A stretch of 64,000 nucleotides of DNA from Candidatus Poribacteria bacterium (GCA_965198235.1 OZ240248.1:1376001-1440000), one strand, 5' to 3'. Numbered from the stretch's first letter, positions 39,510-50,923 are shown. Numbers and translations are program-made. Notes: generated by a model not told the origin, from the sequence alone.

Positions 39510-40706
39510 TTAGCCAGGGATCTGTGTCCATCCCTTGCTTGTCCGGATTGCATCAATGGCGATTTGATAACGCCAACCATCTTGAAAGGTTAGATAGGGT
39601 TCGTGTGGACGGTTCTCAATATCCGCGAGAAACTCTCGAACAAGCGCGACCCATTTATTTTGGATATCGTCACCGATCCGTGGTAGCGCATCGGTGAGTC
39701 GTTTCGGCACGGGCAATTCTTCAGCCGTGTCGTCAATATTTTTAGGCGTTGTTTGCGAGTCCATATTGTACAGCATAATCGGAGATAAAATATGTCTGCC
39801 TTGTCCGACAAGCGTCCCGTTACTGCCGTAGAAATACCAACCACCGATACGCATATGCGTTGGCACACCCGGATGCGTCCGCATGGTCACCAAGATTTTT
39901 CGTGAAGATTTCGTCTGCTTGATAGGATCCGTCTCCATCCAAAAAAGTGCCGAGAAATCGTTCTCTGCATCGCATACCTGCCACTCAAATTGAGATGCCT
40001 CTTCGACCGTAAGTTCTTTACGAACCCACACTCGAAAGTCACGAATTTCCGGCACAACCGGGGCTTCTCTGATAACTGCCCTCGCTTCACCTATAGCGGA
40101 GACAACTTTCATGCCTGTCATCCGTTCCAGCATACCGAGTCGGTGCGTGAGACTGTTGTTCAGGACACCGCCACCGTGCGCTAATGAATTCATCCAATTC
40201 CACGGTTTTATCATCTCGGAGGAGGTCCCGTTTGTAATCCGACGGTTATATCCGATGTCAACTTCTTTTAACTCACCAATGACTTTTTGCTGCGTCAGCA
40301 GTTGACGCATGTAAGCAACACTCGGATCATATAGATGTGTCGCAGCGAAGCCGTGCTTCAGTCCTGTGTCTTTGATGAGGTTGTAGATGTGTCCTGCTTC
40401 TTCCGAGGTGAGTGCTAACGGTTTTTCGCTAATGATATGGCACCCGAGGTCCACTGCCAATTCAATAACCTCGGTTCGTAAAATAGCGGGAGTTGTGAGC
40501 GCGACGATATCTGGTTTGTGTTTCAACAGACTTTTGCGCCAATCGGTTGAAGCCTCAGCTACGCCTAATCGAGAGGCGACCTTTTGCACGACCTCTGGTT
40601 TGCGACCACAGATAGCCACGACTTCAACACCGTAGTGTTGAAATGCTTTTGTGTGTCCTTCAGCTGACCAGCCGGCACCAACAACAACTGCTTTTAATTT
40701 TTTCAT
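39510..40706 (-). CDS. Gfo/Idh/MocA family oxidoreductase
   Basis: VVVGAG, SEKPLA, GGGVL. Confidence 0.9.
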   Translation of the reverse strand: MKKLKAVVVGAGWSAEGHTKAFQHYGVEVVAICGRKPEVVQKVASRLGVAEASTDWRKSLLKHKPDIVALTTPAILRTEVIELAVDLGCHIISEKPLALTSEEAGHIYNLIKDTGLKHGFAATHLYDPSVAYMRQLLTQQKVIGELKEVDIGYNRRITNGTSSEMIKPWNWMNSLAHGGGVLNNSLTHRLGMLERMTGMKVVSAIGEARAVIREAPVVPEIRDFRVWVRKELTVEEASQFEWQVCDAENDFSALFWMETDPIKQTKSSRKILVTMRTHPGVPTHMRIGGWYFYGSNGTLVGQGRHILSPIMLYNMDSQTTPKNIDDTAEELPVPKRLTDALPRIGDDIQNKWVALVREFLADIENRPHEPYLTFQDGWRYQIAIDAIRTSKGWTQIPG

Positions 40707-40909
40707 CAATCCCCAGGTCTCAATCGACGCGCTGCTTAAAAAGCGATGTCTCTTGGGGAAATCCGCAGAAATCCGCAGAAACACCCTATCAATACGCAGA
40801 AATACCCAAGCAAAAACACCCCAAGCAAAACACATCACCAGCAGGGCACCTACCATTCCTCAACGAATAGGCGCGCTTGGAAAGCGCGCCTAACGATAAA
40901 TGTTTCAGG

Positions 40910-42388
40910 TTATGCCAAAATCTCGCTGACAATGCGCGCTTTTTCCTCAACGCCTGTTAATCGATGATCAAGCCCTTGGAACTTAAAGGTTAACCGCTCG
41001 TGGTCAATGCCGAGTAGGTGGAGAATCGTAGCATTTATGTCCCGAGCAGAGACAGGGTCTTTAACGATATTGTAGCTAAAGTCATCGGTTTCGCCATGAA
41101 CGACACCACCTTTTATGCCACCCCCAGCCAGCCAACGTGTAAAGCATTTCGGATGATGGTCACGCCCATAGTTATCCGGACTGAGTTTGCCTTGGCAATA
41201 AACGGTTCGTCCGAATTCACCGCCCCAAGCGACTAAGGTTTCGTCCAGCATACCGCGTTGTTTCAAATCTTTGACAAGTCCAGCCGAGGGCTGATCGATA
41301 TCGCGAGCCTGATTGCGGATGTTCTTGGGCAGTTCCCCGTGTTGATCCCAACCACGATGGAAAACTTGAACGAGACGGACATCGCGCTCCATCATCCGAC
41401 GTGCGAGAATACAGCAATTGGCGAATGTGCCAGGGGTTTTGACCTCGGGGCCATACATTTCTAAAACATGTTCAGGTTCCTGAGACAAATCCGTCAGTTC
41501 AGGGACACTCGTCTGCATACGGAATGCCATTTCGTATTGTGATATACGGGCATGCGTTTCGGGATCGCCTACTTCCTCGTAGAGTTCCTTGTTAAGTTCA
41601 ACGAGGGTATCTAACATCTGTTTCCTTGTCTTTTCATTCATACCTTGTGGGTTTGAAAGGAATAACACCGGATCGCCTTGGCTCCGAAGTAGCACGCCTT
41701 GATGTTCCGATGGGAGGAAACCGGAGCCCCAGAGTCGATTATAGAGTGCCTGCGCGCCCTTCGGACCGCTCCATGTGGCGTTCATCACAATGAAAGCAGG
41801 TAGGTTTCTGTTTTCACTACCGAGTCCGTAACTCAACCATGCACCAAGACTCGGTTTGCCGGGGCTTTCATCACCAGTACAGAAGAAGGTGATAGCAGGG
41901 TCGTGGTTAATCGCCTCAGTGTGTACCGTCTTAATAATCGCAAGGTCTTTCGCCATCGATCCAGTGTGCGGTAGCAGCTCGCTAATCCATGCACCGTCAC
42001 CACCGTTATCGTGCTTCTTGAATTCGAATATGGAGGGTGCAATCGGGAACTTATCCTGTCCTGATGTCATTGTTGTGAGGCGTTGACCCATCCGGACGGA
42101 TTCTGGGAGATCCGTATCGAACCATTTCCCCATATTCGGTTTGTGGTCGTAGAGATCCAGTTGGGACGGTGCGCCGGACATGAATAGATAAATGGCACGT
42201 TTTGCTTTCGGGGCAAAGTGCGGTAGTTCTGGTAGACCACCAAATCTCGGTTTCGCTTGACTTTCGAGCGCGTTGACAACAGCATTCGGCAGTAGTGAGG
42301 CGAGTGCCGCACCGCCAAGACCTGATGCGCATTTACCAAAGAATTGACGGCGTGTCTCAAGTTTCAGATATTCTTTAACCGGGTCCAT
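40910..42388 (-). CDS. DUF1501 family protein (Tat-exported, sulfatase-like)
   Basis: [36 protein letters not shown]. Confidence 0.92.
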   Translation of the reverse strand: MDPVKEYLKLETRRQFFGKCASGLGGAALASLLPNAVVNALESQAKPRFGGLPELPHFAPKAKRAIYLFMSGAPSQLDLYDHKPNMGKWFDTDLPESVRMGQRLTTMTSGQDKFPIAPSIFEFKKHDNGGDGAWISELLPHTGSMAKDLAIIKTVHTEAINHDPAITFFCTGDESPGKPSLGAWLSYGLGSENRNLPAFIVMNATWSGPKGAQALYNRLWGSGFLPSEHQGVLLRSQGDPVLFLSNPQGMNEKTRKQMLDTLVELNKELYEEVGDPETHARISQYEMAFRMQTSVPELTDLSQEPEHVLEMYGPEVKTPGTFANCCILARRMMERDVRLVQVFHRGWDQHGELPKNIRNQARDIDQPSAGLVKDLKQRGMLDETLVAWGGEFGRTVYCQGKLSPDNYGRDHHPKCFTRWLAGGGIKGGVVHGETDDFSYNIVKDPVSARDINATILHLLGIDHERLTFKFQGLDHRLTGVEEKARIVSEILA

Positions 42389-42441
42389 TGTGTAACTAAC
42401 TCCTTGCGCGGCTATAAACCGCACTTCTGAGTGTAGCAAGG

Positions 42442-42585
42442 TTTTTAATTATTAGAACCTGGGCATCGCTCCATTCCATTACGCCGTGGTTTCTGGCTAA
42501 GTCAACCACCACGCGGGTATGAAAGGGGATTGGAATTCACCAAGAACCCTCGTGAAACGAAGCCCAGAGGCCAATAAATTAAAAA
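42442..42585. repeat. Back-to-back pair of family B arms (144 bp foldback)
   Basis: TTTTTAATTATT..CTGGGC ... GCCCAG..AATAAATTAAAAA. Confidence 0.85.
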
Positions 42586-42590
42586 CCCTA

Positions 42591-45500
42591 CTACCCTTTG
42601 TTCAGGACTTCGTCCAGATTGAGAATCAGGTTTGCAATCATCGTCCATGCAGCGACTTCGACTGCATCTAAAGTCTCATCAGGTGTCGATTCACCGACAG
42701 CGATTAACGCTTTGGCTGCTTCCGGGTCCGCCTCTAACTCCTGATAGTGGGCTTGGAACGTCTTCAACAACAGTGCTTCCTCCTTCGGCTTTGGAAGGCG
42801 AGCGGTTGCCATCTCAAAAATATAGGCGATACGTGCTTCCGGTGTTTCGCCTCCGTCCTTAATGGTGTGCTCCGCTAAAGCACGAGCCGCTTCAAAGAAC
42901 TGTGGATCGTTCATCAGCATTAATGCCTGCATCGGTGTGTTGGTACGTTCACGGCGGATTGTGCAAGCTTCACGTGATGGAGCGTCCAAAATGTTCATCT
43001 GCGGCGGGGGTGCGGTGCGCTTCCAGAATGTATAGAGACTCCGGCGGTATATCTTATCAGCACCGGTATCTTTAACGAACGTGTCGGTATTAGAGCCGGT
43101 AAACCCGACGGCTTTCCAGAGTCCATCCGGTTGCGGTGGTTTGACACTTGGACCGCCAATTTTAGTATGCAGCAAGCCGCTGAGGGCGAGCGCGTTATCT
43201 CGCACGATTTCGGCATCAAGTCGATACCTGGGACCGCGGGAGAGAAGTGCGTTATCTGCATCGCGTTCCAATTTTTTAAGAGTGACCTGTGCGCTCTGAC
43301 GATATGTTGCTGAGGTAAGCATCAATTTGAGCACGGCTTGAACATCCCATCCCGATGCAACAAATTCGGTCGCAAGCCAATCAAGAAGTTCTGGATGCAC
43401 CGGTGGGGTGCCTTGTGTCCCGAAATCTTCTGACGTTTTCACAATCCCCGTCCCGAAGACGTTTTGCCAGAATCGATTAATCGTGACACGGGCAGTAAGT
43501 GGATGTTCCGGTAAAAGCAGCCACTTCGCAAAGCCGAGGCGATTCGATGCTGCCTCTTCTGGTATGGGAGGTAGCACTGCCGGAGTTTGAGGATAAACCT
43601 GTTCCTCGCGATGTTCGTATTCACCGCGTGCTAAGACGTAGGCACCTCTTGGTTCCTCTCGCTCTTGCATGACAAGTGTAGTCGTGAGTGATGCGTCCAG
43701 TGTGTTCCACTTTCCTTGGACCTCCGATAAGTCTGCAAAAAGCGTTCGCAAATCCGCGAAGGCGCGCTTGGTATTTTCATTGACTGTCTTATCTAACGTG
43801 ATGTTCTTCCGATAGTAATCTCGAATCTGTGCCGTCTGTGCGGTTTCGCGTTCACCACGAGGCATCCCCGCGATATCAACAATATTTGCTGGCACCATCG
43901 GTGGTGCACTTTCGATATGGAAGTAGAAACCAGAGGGACCCGAGTAATTGACGACTTTCAGGAGCAGCGTATTGTTACCGGGCTTGAGATCGACCTGCAT
44001 CTGCTCTTGGTCGACAGCGGCATCTCGCTGAACGTTTTTGGCGAGGAGTTCCGTGCCATTCATCCAAACCTTCAGCGCATCGTTGCTTCCGATGTACAGG
44101 AAGGCTTTCTGTTGGGTAACAGAGGCGATGTTTCGGAAAAGATAAGTGGCACTGTTTTCGCCAACGATGTCGTTATGCACCTGTTCGTCAACCCAATGTG
44201 TCTGCTTCTCCCATTTAATGGTTTTACCGTTCACCTCAAATGTATCGCCTATGTTAACATCTTTCGTTTCAGGTTCGTAGACCTTGTAGAAAGCGAGGTT
44301 ACCGTGCGCAGCAGTGAAGGGACCGGCGGCGTGCCAGTCGCCTGAAGTGATTTTGGAACCGATGGGATAAATCGTTGTGACATCTGTAAGGGCGAGTCGG
44401 AATCGTCCAAGCTGCTTCTGTCGCAGGTCATATTCGTGCTTGAGGCGAATTTTCAATCTGCCGCCTTCCATCCCAAACGGGGCGGCGACAAGAAAGATGG
44501 CTTGCCGGTTTTCGCCCCTTCTGTCGAGTGCCCATCCGGTTTCCGGCTTGGCGTCAATCGCATTTGCAACGACACCGTCGAGATTGTTTTCCCCAAGTGC
44601 TTGCTCGTGGTCTGCCCATGCATGCACGACTTGAATACGTGTCCATGGATCGTCGGTATCGGTGCTTTCGGTCTCATTTGCTGCACTCTCTTCGCTCGTT
44701 GATGCACTGTCGCTGTCGGTTTGCGTTTCAGCGTCAGCCTCAGCGACAGGTGTATTTTCCGCCTGTGCTTCAGGGTCAGCATCAACGGTGCTTCCGGTCT
44801 CCGCTTGCGTTTCAGCATTAGCCTCGGTATCGGTGCTTTCCGTTTCAGATGGTGCCTCACTATTTTCTGCGGGTGGAGCCATGAAGAGCGCAAAATCGGT
44901 CAAGACGACATTGCTGTTATCACTTCTGCCGACTCCTCCTTTTGGTAACGATTCGTGTGTGAGACCTTCTAAACGGACGGCACTCCATTTGCCGGGTGGC
45001 ACTTCCGCGATGACCTCGTAGATTTCCTGCTCAGGGTTGGTGCCGCTGGCTAAGATAGAGTTGTCCTCTAAGACTTCAAGTGTCGCACTGCCTTTTGAAT
45101 AGAGCGAGGTCGGTTTAAGCGTCGTCCAGTGCGGTATCCTATTTTCCCAAGCGACTTGCGTCGCATCTATTTCGGGGATAGGAGATTTCGTCTGAGCGTC
45201 CAGTTCGGCAATCTGTTCATCAAACGCGGCGAGTTCAGCTTCCTGCTCCGGGGTCGGCAACTTTACAACAGGGGGAGAATCCTTGCGATTGCCGTCCATA
45301 GCTTTTTCAGTGATATTGTTGAAATAGGCGTAGAGTTGATAGAATTCCTTCTGCGTGATCGGATCGTATTTATGATCGTGGCACTGCGCGCATCCGACAG
45401 TTAATCCCATCCAGACAGTAGAGGTCGTGTCGGCTCTGTCGATCGCATACTGGACGTAGTATTCCTCATCGATTGAACCGCCTTCACTTGTTGTGACATG

Positions 45501-46412
45501 GCATCGGTTAAAACCTGTGGCGATCTTTTGTTCAACGGTCGGTTCCGGCAAGAGATCCCCCGCTAACTGCTCAGTCGTGAACTGGTCAAACGGCATATTT
45601 TTATTGAATGCCTTGATAACCCAGTCGCGATAGGGCCACATTTCACGGTAGTTATCTAAGTGAAGCCCGTGGGTGTCGCCGTACCGTGCGACATCTAACC
45701 AGAAGCGTGCGAGATGTTCGCCGTATTCCGGCTTTGCCATGAAGGCATCAATAACTTTCTCGTAAGCGTCGGGTGAATCGTCTGTAAGGAATTGGTGAAT
45801 TTCTTCACGCGTCGGTGGTAAACCAGTGAGGTCAAAACTTAAACGTCGGATGAGAGTCCGCTTATCCGCTTCGCTTGCGGGTTGTAAGTCTTCTTTCTCA
45901 AGGCGTGAAAGTATGAACGTATCAATGGGGTTTCGTACCCAATCTCCGTTCTTGATATCTGGTGGCGTTGGACGGACTGGTGTGGTGAACGCCCAGTGCT
46001 CTTCCCATTTCGCGCCTTCGCGGATCCACTGCGTAATCGCTTCAATTTCTTCCGGTGTCAGCGTCTTGTTGAAATCCGCTGGCGGCATGCGATAATTGTC
46101 ATCGTTGGAGATAACGCGAAGATGGAGCTCGCTCTCTTCCGGTTTACCGGGAACGATTACCGGGTATCCGCTCGGTTCAGAGAACGCTCCTGCTTTCGTA
46201 TCAATCCGTAGGTTCGCTTGCCGACTCTTCGCATCTGGTCCGTGGCAAGCATAGCAGTTATTTGAAAGAATCGGGCGGATGTCAAGGTTGTAATTTATGT
46301 TGACTTGTGCCGTTTCGTGATGTTCTGCGGATGCCGAGGGTGGTACTAACATGGCGAGGCAGAAACACACTAACATAGCCATTAGTGGAATCGTAGTGTT
46401 AGCGATCTTCAC
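42591..46412 (-). CDS. Planctomycete cytochrome c / DUF1549 / DUF1553 (PSD1) protein
   Basis: CYACHGPD, HWAF, CAQCHDHKYDP, HPELLDWLA, RRSLY, NLDE. Confidence 0.95.
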   Translation of the reverse strand: MKIANTTIPLMAMLVCFCLAMLVPPSASAEHHETAQVNINYNLDIRPILSNNCYACHGPDAKSRQANLRIDTKAGAFSEPSGYPVIVPGKPEESELHLRVISNDDNYRMPPADFNKTLTPEEIEAITQWIREGAKWEEHWAFTTPVRPTPPDIKNGDWVRNPIDTFILSRLEKEDLQPASEADKRTLIRRLSFDLTGLPPTREEIHQFLTDDSPDAYEKVIDAFMAKPEYGEHLARFWLDVARYGDTHGLHLDNYREMWPYRDWVIKAFNKNMPFDQFTTEQLAGDLLPEPTVEQKIATGFNRCHVTTSEGGSIDEEYYVQYAIDRADTTSTVWMGLTVGCAQCHDHKYDPITQKEFYQLYAYFNNITEKAMDGNRKDSPPVVKLPTPEQEAELAAFDEQIAELDAQTKSPIPEIDATQVAWENRIPHWTTLKPTSLYSKGSATLEVLEDNSILASGTNPEQEIYEVIAEVPPGKWSAVRLEGLTHESLPKGGVGRSDNSNVVLTDFALFMAPPAENSEAPSETESTDTEANAETQAETGSTVDADPEAQAENTPVAEADAETQTDSDSASTSEESAANETESTDTDDPWTRIQVVHAWADHEQALGENNLDGVVANAIDAKPETGWALDRRGENRQAIFLVAAPFGMEGGRLKIRLKHEYDLRQKQLGRFRLALTDVTTIYPIGSKITSGDWHAAGPFTAAHGNLAFYKVYEPETKDVNIGDTFEVNGKTIKWEKQTHWVDEQVHNDIVGENSATYLFRNIASVTQQKAFLYIGSNDALKVWMNGTELLAKNVQRDAAVDQEQMQVDLKPGNNTLLLKVVNYSGPSGFYFHIESAPPMVPANIVDIAGMPRGERETAQTAQIRDYYRKNITLDKTVNENTKRAFADLRTLFADLSEVQGKWNTLDASLTTTLVMQEREEPRGAYVLARGEYEHREEQVYPQTPAVLPPIPEEAASNRLGFAKWLLLPEHPLTARVTINRFWQNVFGTGIVKTSEDFGTQGTPPVHPELLDWLATEFVASGWDVQAVLKLMLTSATYRQSAQVTLKKLERDADNALLSRGPRYRLDAEIVRDNALALSGLLHTKIGGPSVKPPQPDGLWKAVGFTGSNTDTFVKDTGADKIYRRSLYTFWKRTAPPPQMNILDAPSREACTIRRERTNTPMQALMLMNDPQFFEAARALAEHTIKDGGETPEARIAYIFEMATARLPKPKEEALLLKTFQAHYQELEADPEAAKALIAVGESTPDETLDAVEVAAWTMIANLILNLDEVLNKG

Positions 46413-46633
46413 AGGAATTCTCTCCCTTTTCAGCGTTGTAGGCGGCAGCGTGCCGATTTTCTATATTAAAAAACGCAAGCTGCAACTTGCTATAGTAAAA
46501 TTAGCAATTGTGACGCTTAGTTAACCAAAAGGTTTAGCAATATTGCTATATTTTACGATAGGGTTGCGTTTTTGTCAAATATTTCCCGCTTGATTGTCAG
46601 AATTTTGCTTATACTGGATCATACAGGGAAGGC

Positions 46634-47443
46634 CTACTGTGTCGCAACCTTCTCAAAGATAATAACATGCTGCCACGGTAGATCCTCAAGTGTCTCTACC
46701 CAAGAAAGCGGGTGTGGTGTCGCTTCCTTAATCACCTGCAATTCACTCATCTTGTGCAGACGTTTGATTGGAACATGTGGGTCTTCGGCGCGGTATTCGA
46801 CAACAGCAACCCTGCCGTCTGTTTTGAGCGCACGACAGATATTCTGCATCATCTCATACGGATGTGAAAACTCGTGATAAACATCCACCATAATCGCTAA
46901 GTCTACGGATTCCGGCGGCAATTTCGGGTCACTGATTGTGCCCAACACTCCTTTGACATTCGTGATACCTGCCTCCGCCATCTTTTCATCAAGTAGGTCA
47001 AGCATCTCCTGCTGAATGTCAACACCGTAGATGGTTCCTGTTTCACCGATTTTCGGAGAGATGCGCCGAGCAATATAACCCGTGCCGACACCGATATCCG
47101 CTACGACATCTCCCTCTTTGAGTTTCAGTAACTCAACAAGGAGATTCGGCATCTCTTCGTGATCACGTTCCGAACGTTCCAACCATTCTGCCCCTTGATG
47201 CCCCATCACATGAGAGATTTCGCGTCCCATGTAGAATTTGCCGATACCGTCTCGGCTTCGGGTACCCCGTTTGTAGATGGTACTCGCTGGTCGCGTAGGT
47301 GCGGTTTCTGGTTGCGATTCACCACTTGGCATTGTCGCTGTGTGGTGCAGCAGGAACAATGCCCCTATAACGCTTAGGAGGGGTTTAGGGGTTTTCGGAA
47401 ACCTACCGCGTGCTGCTATGACTTTCCAACAATTTTCGAGCAT
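46634..47443 (-). CDS. Class I SAM-dependent methyltransferase
   Basis: YMGREI, VADIGVGTGY, VDVYHE. Confidence 0.9.
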   Translation of the reverse strand: MLENCWKVIAARGRFPKTPKPLLSVIGALFLLHHTATMPSGESQPETAPTRPASTIYKRGTRSRDGIGKFYMGREISHVMGHQGAEWLERSERDHEEMPNLLVELLKLKEGDVVADIGVGTGYIARRISPKIGETGTIYGVDIQQEMLDLLDEKMAEAGITNVKGVLGTISDPKLPPESVDLAIMVDVYHEFSHPYEMMQNICRALKTDGRVAVVEYRAEDPHVPIKRLHKMSELQVIKEATPHPLSWVETLEDLPWQHVIIFEKVATQ

Positions 47444-47447
47444 CGAG

Positions 47448-48491
47448 TTACCACCTTCCGAGGTAAAGTGCCCGATTTTCCATCGGCATCGGCACTCGGA
47501 CACCCTGCTGCCGTTGTGAGTCAACGATTGCGAAAACCATCTCGGTGCTTCGGTGTGCGAGGTGAATGTTGCCTTGCGTCTCGGTATCGGTCTCAATCGC
47601 ATCAACGATGTCCTCAATGCAGCCAACGGTGCCACTCTTCCGTTCATAGGGTGGGAATTGCGCTTCTAAAATCTCGTTAAACTGTCCTTGCCGTTTGCGG
47701 AGGTGAAAACCGAGTCCATTATTGAGGGCACGAACCGTGCCGTCGCTACAATTCACCTCAAATTCATAAGCCGTGCCGGGAATACTGATGCCATTAATAC
47801 CGTTCTGAAAACGGATGAATCCCATTACGATACCGGGATCAGTTTCGGTGCGATTGTCTTCAAAATCGGCATCCTCAACAGCGACGTTACCTTGGACGTA
47901 TTCTATTGGAGAATCACTTGCTAAAAAAAGAAGCATATCCGCTGCGTGTGTATATCCCCAGAGGGCAGAACCCCCGCTATAAGCGATGATAGAACGTCTT
48001 TCGCCAAGCTCACCACTTTCGAGAATCTCGCGCATCTTGATATATCCCGGCGTGAAACGACGCTGCGTGCCGAGGTTGAACTTGACGTTGTATTTTTCGC
48101 ACACCTCTACCATAGCATCTGCCTCTTCCATAGAAGCACAAAGCGGTTTATCGCAATAGATGCCCTTCACACCGTTTTCCGCGGCGAATTGCGTGATGTC
48201 GGCATGATTACCAGGACGTGTAGCGATGCTGACAATATCCGGTTTCTCCTCAGCAATCATCTCTTGATAGTCTAAGGAGTACTTCGGGATATTCCATTTA
48301 TTGCAGACGTATTGTGCCTTCTCTTCCACGACATCTGCAGCGGCGACAATGTCTGTCCGCTCGAAAGCAGTATACCCCGCGGCGTGTGAATAGGGTAACG
48401 CGCCGTGTGGTGTCGCACGGACCTCTTCATCAATTGTGCCACCCATTCTACCACAACCAACAATGCAAACACGGTATTGATTCGCTCCCAT
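47448..48491 (-). CDS. Gfo/Idh/MocA family oxidoreductase
   Basis: VGCGRMG, CDKPL. Confidence 0.9.
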   Translation of the reverse strand: MGANQYRVCIVGCGRMGGTIDEEVRATPHGALPYSHAAGYTAFERTDIVAAADVVEEKAQYVCNKWNIPKYSLDYQEMIAEEKPDIVSIATRPGNHADITQFAAENGVKGIYCDKPLCASMEEADAMVEVCEKYNVKFNLGTQRRFTPGYIKMREILESGELGERRSIIAYSGGSALWGYTHAADMLLFLASDSPIEYVQGNVAVEDADFEDNRTETDPGIVMGFIRFQNGINGISIPGTAYEFEVNCSDGTVRALNNGLGFHLRKRQGQFNEILEAQFPPYERKSGTVGCIEDIVDAIETDTETQGNIHLAHRSTEMVFAIVDSQRQQGVRVPMPMENRALYLGRW

Positions 48492-48563
48492 TGGATTTCC
48501 CTCCCTTTTCGAGGTTTCCGCTCGCAAACCGAAAGCTTGCTATACAGAAAGTCTTATACCACG

Positions 48564-49403
48564 TTAAACGGTTAACTCTACAACATCTTGTTTGATTATT
48601 TCTTTCGTATGTCCATAAGACGCGGCTTGCACCAGTTCCTGAACTTCGGGTGTTAGCCGATTGATGATTGTCTCTGGCAGACTCGGTCTACCCTCGTATT
48701 GCGGACGATAGCGGAGAATCAGGAAGCGCCTGTCGCGATCCTTCGGTTTCCACCGCAAAATGCCGTGTGTCAACAGTTCAGAGATGACGACAAAATCGCC
48801 TGCCTTGGGGGTAATATTCGTAAAAACGTCATCTGGTTCGGGGTCAATACCGTCGGGCCCTGCGGTAAGAAGATCTTCAGGTCTCTCGAATTTGCTCTTA
48901 TGCGAACCGGGGATGACAATAAGCCCGCCGTCGCCGGGCTGCACATCTGTCAAATAGAAGAACGCCACGAAATCGTTGCAGTAGATTTGGCTATTCTGAA
49001 CCTCGTAGCGGGTGAGCCAGTGCCGTCCCTCACGTGCGCAGTGCAAACCTGATGGATTTGTCCCCATCGGTTGCCTGTCCGGGTTGTGCTGTTCGAGTGT
49101 GAGCGTCCCTGTGACAAATCTCGGTTGGTCGAAGGTGAACTCCTTGATAAGGGGCCAGATATCGGGGTGCACTGTCATTGATTCAAGACACCGGTCGAAA
49201 GCGAATCCGTGTTCATATCTGCCGCCTTTGCCGGGTTCTAATTCACGAGGGCGCGTTGTAAATCCTTCCGGACGCTCGTCAAGAGGCGTATGAATATATC
49301 GATCCACAGCCTCTTGTGCTTCCTTCAGGGCATCTCCTTTAACGGCACTCTTGATGTGTAAATAGCCTGTAACGTCAAACAGATAACGTTGTTCTGGTGT
49401 CAT
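48564..49403 (-). CDS. Phytanoyl-CoA dioxygenase (PhyH) family protein
   Basis: YLFDVTGY, LTDV..GDGG..VIPGSHKS, AGD...LTHG...R. Confidence 0.88.
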   Translation of the reverse strand: MTPEQRYLFDVTGYLHIKSAVKGDALKEAQEAVDRYIHTPLDERPEGFTTRPRELEPGKGGRYEHGFAFDRCLESMTVHPDIWPLIKEFTFDQPRFVTGTLTLEQHNPDRQPMGTNPSGLHCAREGRHWLTRYEVQNSQIYCNDFVAFFYLTDVQPGDGGLIVIPGSHKSKFERPEDLLTAGPDGIDPEPDDVFTNITPKAGDFVVISELLTHGILRWKPKDRDRRFLILRYRPQYEGRPSLPETIINRLTPEVQELVQAASYGHTKEIIKQDVVELTV

Positions 49404-49415
49404 TTTTCGCTCCTT

Positions 49416-49750
49416 TTAGGTTATCTGGACATGTTCACTTTTGACAATATCCTTGATGTGCGTGTAAGATGCAGGTTGCGCAAGTTCAAGGGTTTCAGGG
49501 GAGAGTCGCTCCATCACTTCAGGTAAAAACGGATCCCTGGGTCCCCTGTCGTCTTGGAAAAACTGTGTAACGAAAAGCCATTGGAGTAGCCGCCACCACC
49601 ATAACTGATACCGGGCGGGAGTTCATCCTGCGGTGTTTGAACGCATCGCTCGACCGCATCTTGAGCGTTTTGCAACTCTTTATCGCTAAGGACGTTTTTG
49701 AGGTGGATATACCCCGTTAAATCAAAAAGGTATCGCTGTTTGGGTGTCAT
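49416..49750 (-). pseudogene. Internally deleted PhyH paralog
   Basis: First ~60 and last ~50 codons align with the neighbouring PhyH, joined out of frame near 49570. Confidence 0.88.
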
Positions 49751-50008
49751 ATGCCCCTCTCCATCTGTAATTGACATATATTAATAAAGTCCACCGATCG
49801 TTCGTACGTGAATTATACACACAATTCCAGTTTTCGTCAAAGGTCTTTTTATGAGAGGGTGTATAAAGTTTTTGACATTCAGCATCTCCTTTCCGTTGTG
49901 GGATGTTGTGGAAGGGTTTCTAACCCCGAATCTTCCATAGTCTCAATATACACTTGCAAGTTGTCCCTTTCTATAGTAAAATGTCTGAAAACGAAACAGG
50001 GGTTGCGT

Positions 50009-50923
50009 ATGAAACTCGGATTTGTGAGTGCAATTTTGCCGGAGCAGACGTTGACACAGGTCGTCCAATTCGCTGCTGACACCGGCTACGATTGCGTTGA
50101 ATTGATGTGCTGGCCCAAAGGAAAAGCGGAACGCCGTTATGCTGGTGTTACGCACGTTGATGTAGCGGAACTTTCCGAAACGGAGGCGGATGGAATCCTA
50201 CAATGCGTCTCGGATGCAGGGATAACGATCAGCGGGTTAGGCTACTATCCCAACCCACTGACATCTGACGAGGCAGAAGCGGCTATCTATAGCGAACACC
50301 TCAAAAAACTGGTTCTGGCAGCGGAACGTCTGTCGGTGGACATCGTGAATACATTTATCGGTAGAGATCAAACGCGCACGATAGATGAGAATTGGCACCG
50401 ATTTAAACAGGTATGGGAACCTTTAATCCAATTCGCTGCCGACCACGGTATCCGCATCGGGATTGAGAATTGCCCGATGTTTTTCACCGAAGACGAATGG
50501 CCCGCCGGACAAAACCTCGCCTATTGTCCCGCGGTTTGGGAACGGATGTTTGAGGAGATTCCTTCCCCGAATTTCGGACTCAACTTCGATCCCTCCCATT
50601 TTATATGGCTCCAGATGGACTACCTGAAACCGCTCGTGACCTTTGCTGATCGAATCTTCCACGTGCATGCAAAGGATGCTCGGTTGGACAGAGCAAAGCT
50701 TGACGAGGTGGGTATCCTCGCGACACCTTTGTCGTATCATACGCCGAAACTGCCAGGGTTAGGTGATGTCGATTGGGGCAACTTCTTCTCCGTCTTGAGC
50801 GATACCGGCTACGAAGGTGCAGTCTGCGTGGAGGTAGAGGATCGGGCTTATGAGGAAACGTTGGAGACGCGGCAACGTGCTTTGAACCAAAGCCATATCT
50901 TCCTGAGACAGTTCATGGGGTAA
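50009..50923 (+). CDS. Sugar phosphate isomerase/epimerase (AP endonuclease 2 TIM barrel)
   Basis: GIENCPM, NFDPSH, HVHAKD, EVED. Confidence 0.92.
   Translation: MKLGFVSAILPEQTLTQVVQFAADTGYDCVELMCWPKGKAERRYAGVTHVDVAELSETEADGILQCVSDAGITISGLGYYPNPLTSDEAEAAIYSEHLKKLVLAAERLSVDIVNTFIGRDQTRTIDENWHRFKQVWEPLIQFAADHGIRIGIENCPMFFTEDEWPAGQNLAYCPAVWERMFEEIPSPNFGLNFDPSHFIWLQMDYLKPLVTFADRIFHVHAKDARLDRAKLDEVGILATPLSYHTPKLPGLGDVDWGNFFSVLSDTGYEGAVCVEVEDRAYEETLETRQRALNQSHIFLRQFMG

Noticed and set aside
44650-44880. Acidic repetitive segment in the PSD1 protein (ETESTDT twice)
   Set aside because: Ordinary low-complexity linker with no match to the dispersed repeat families
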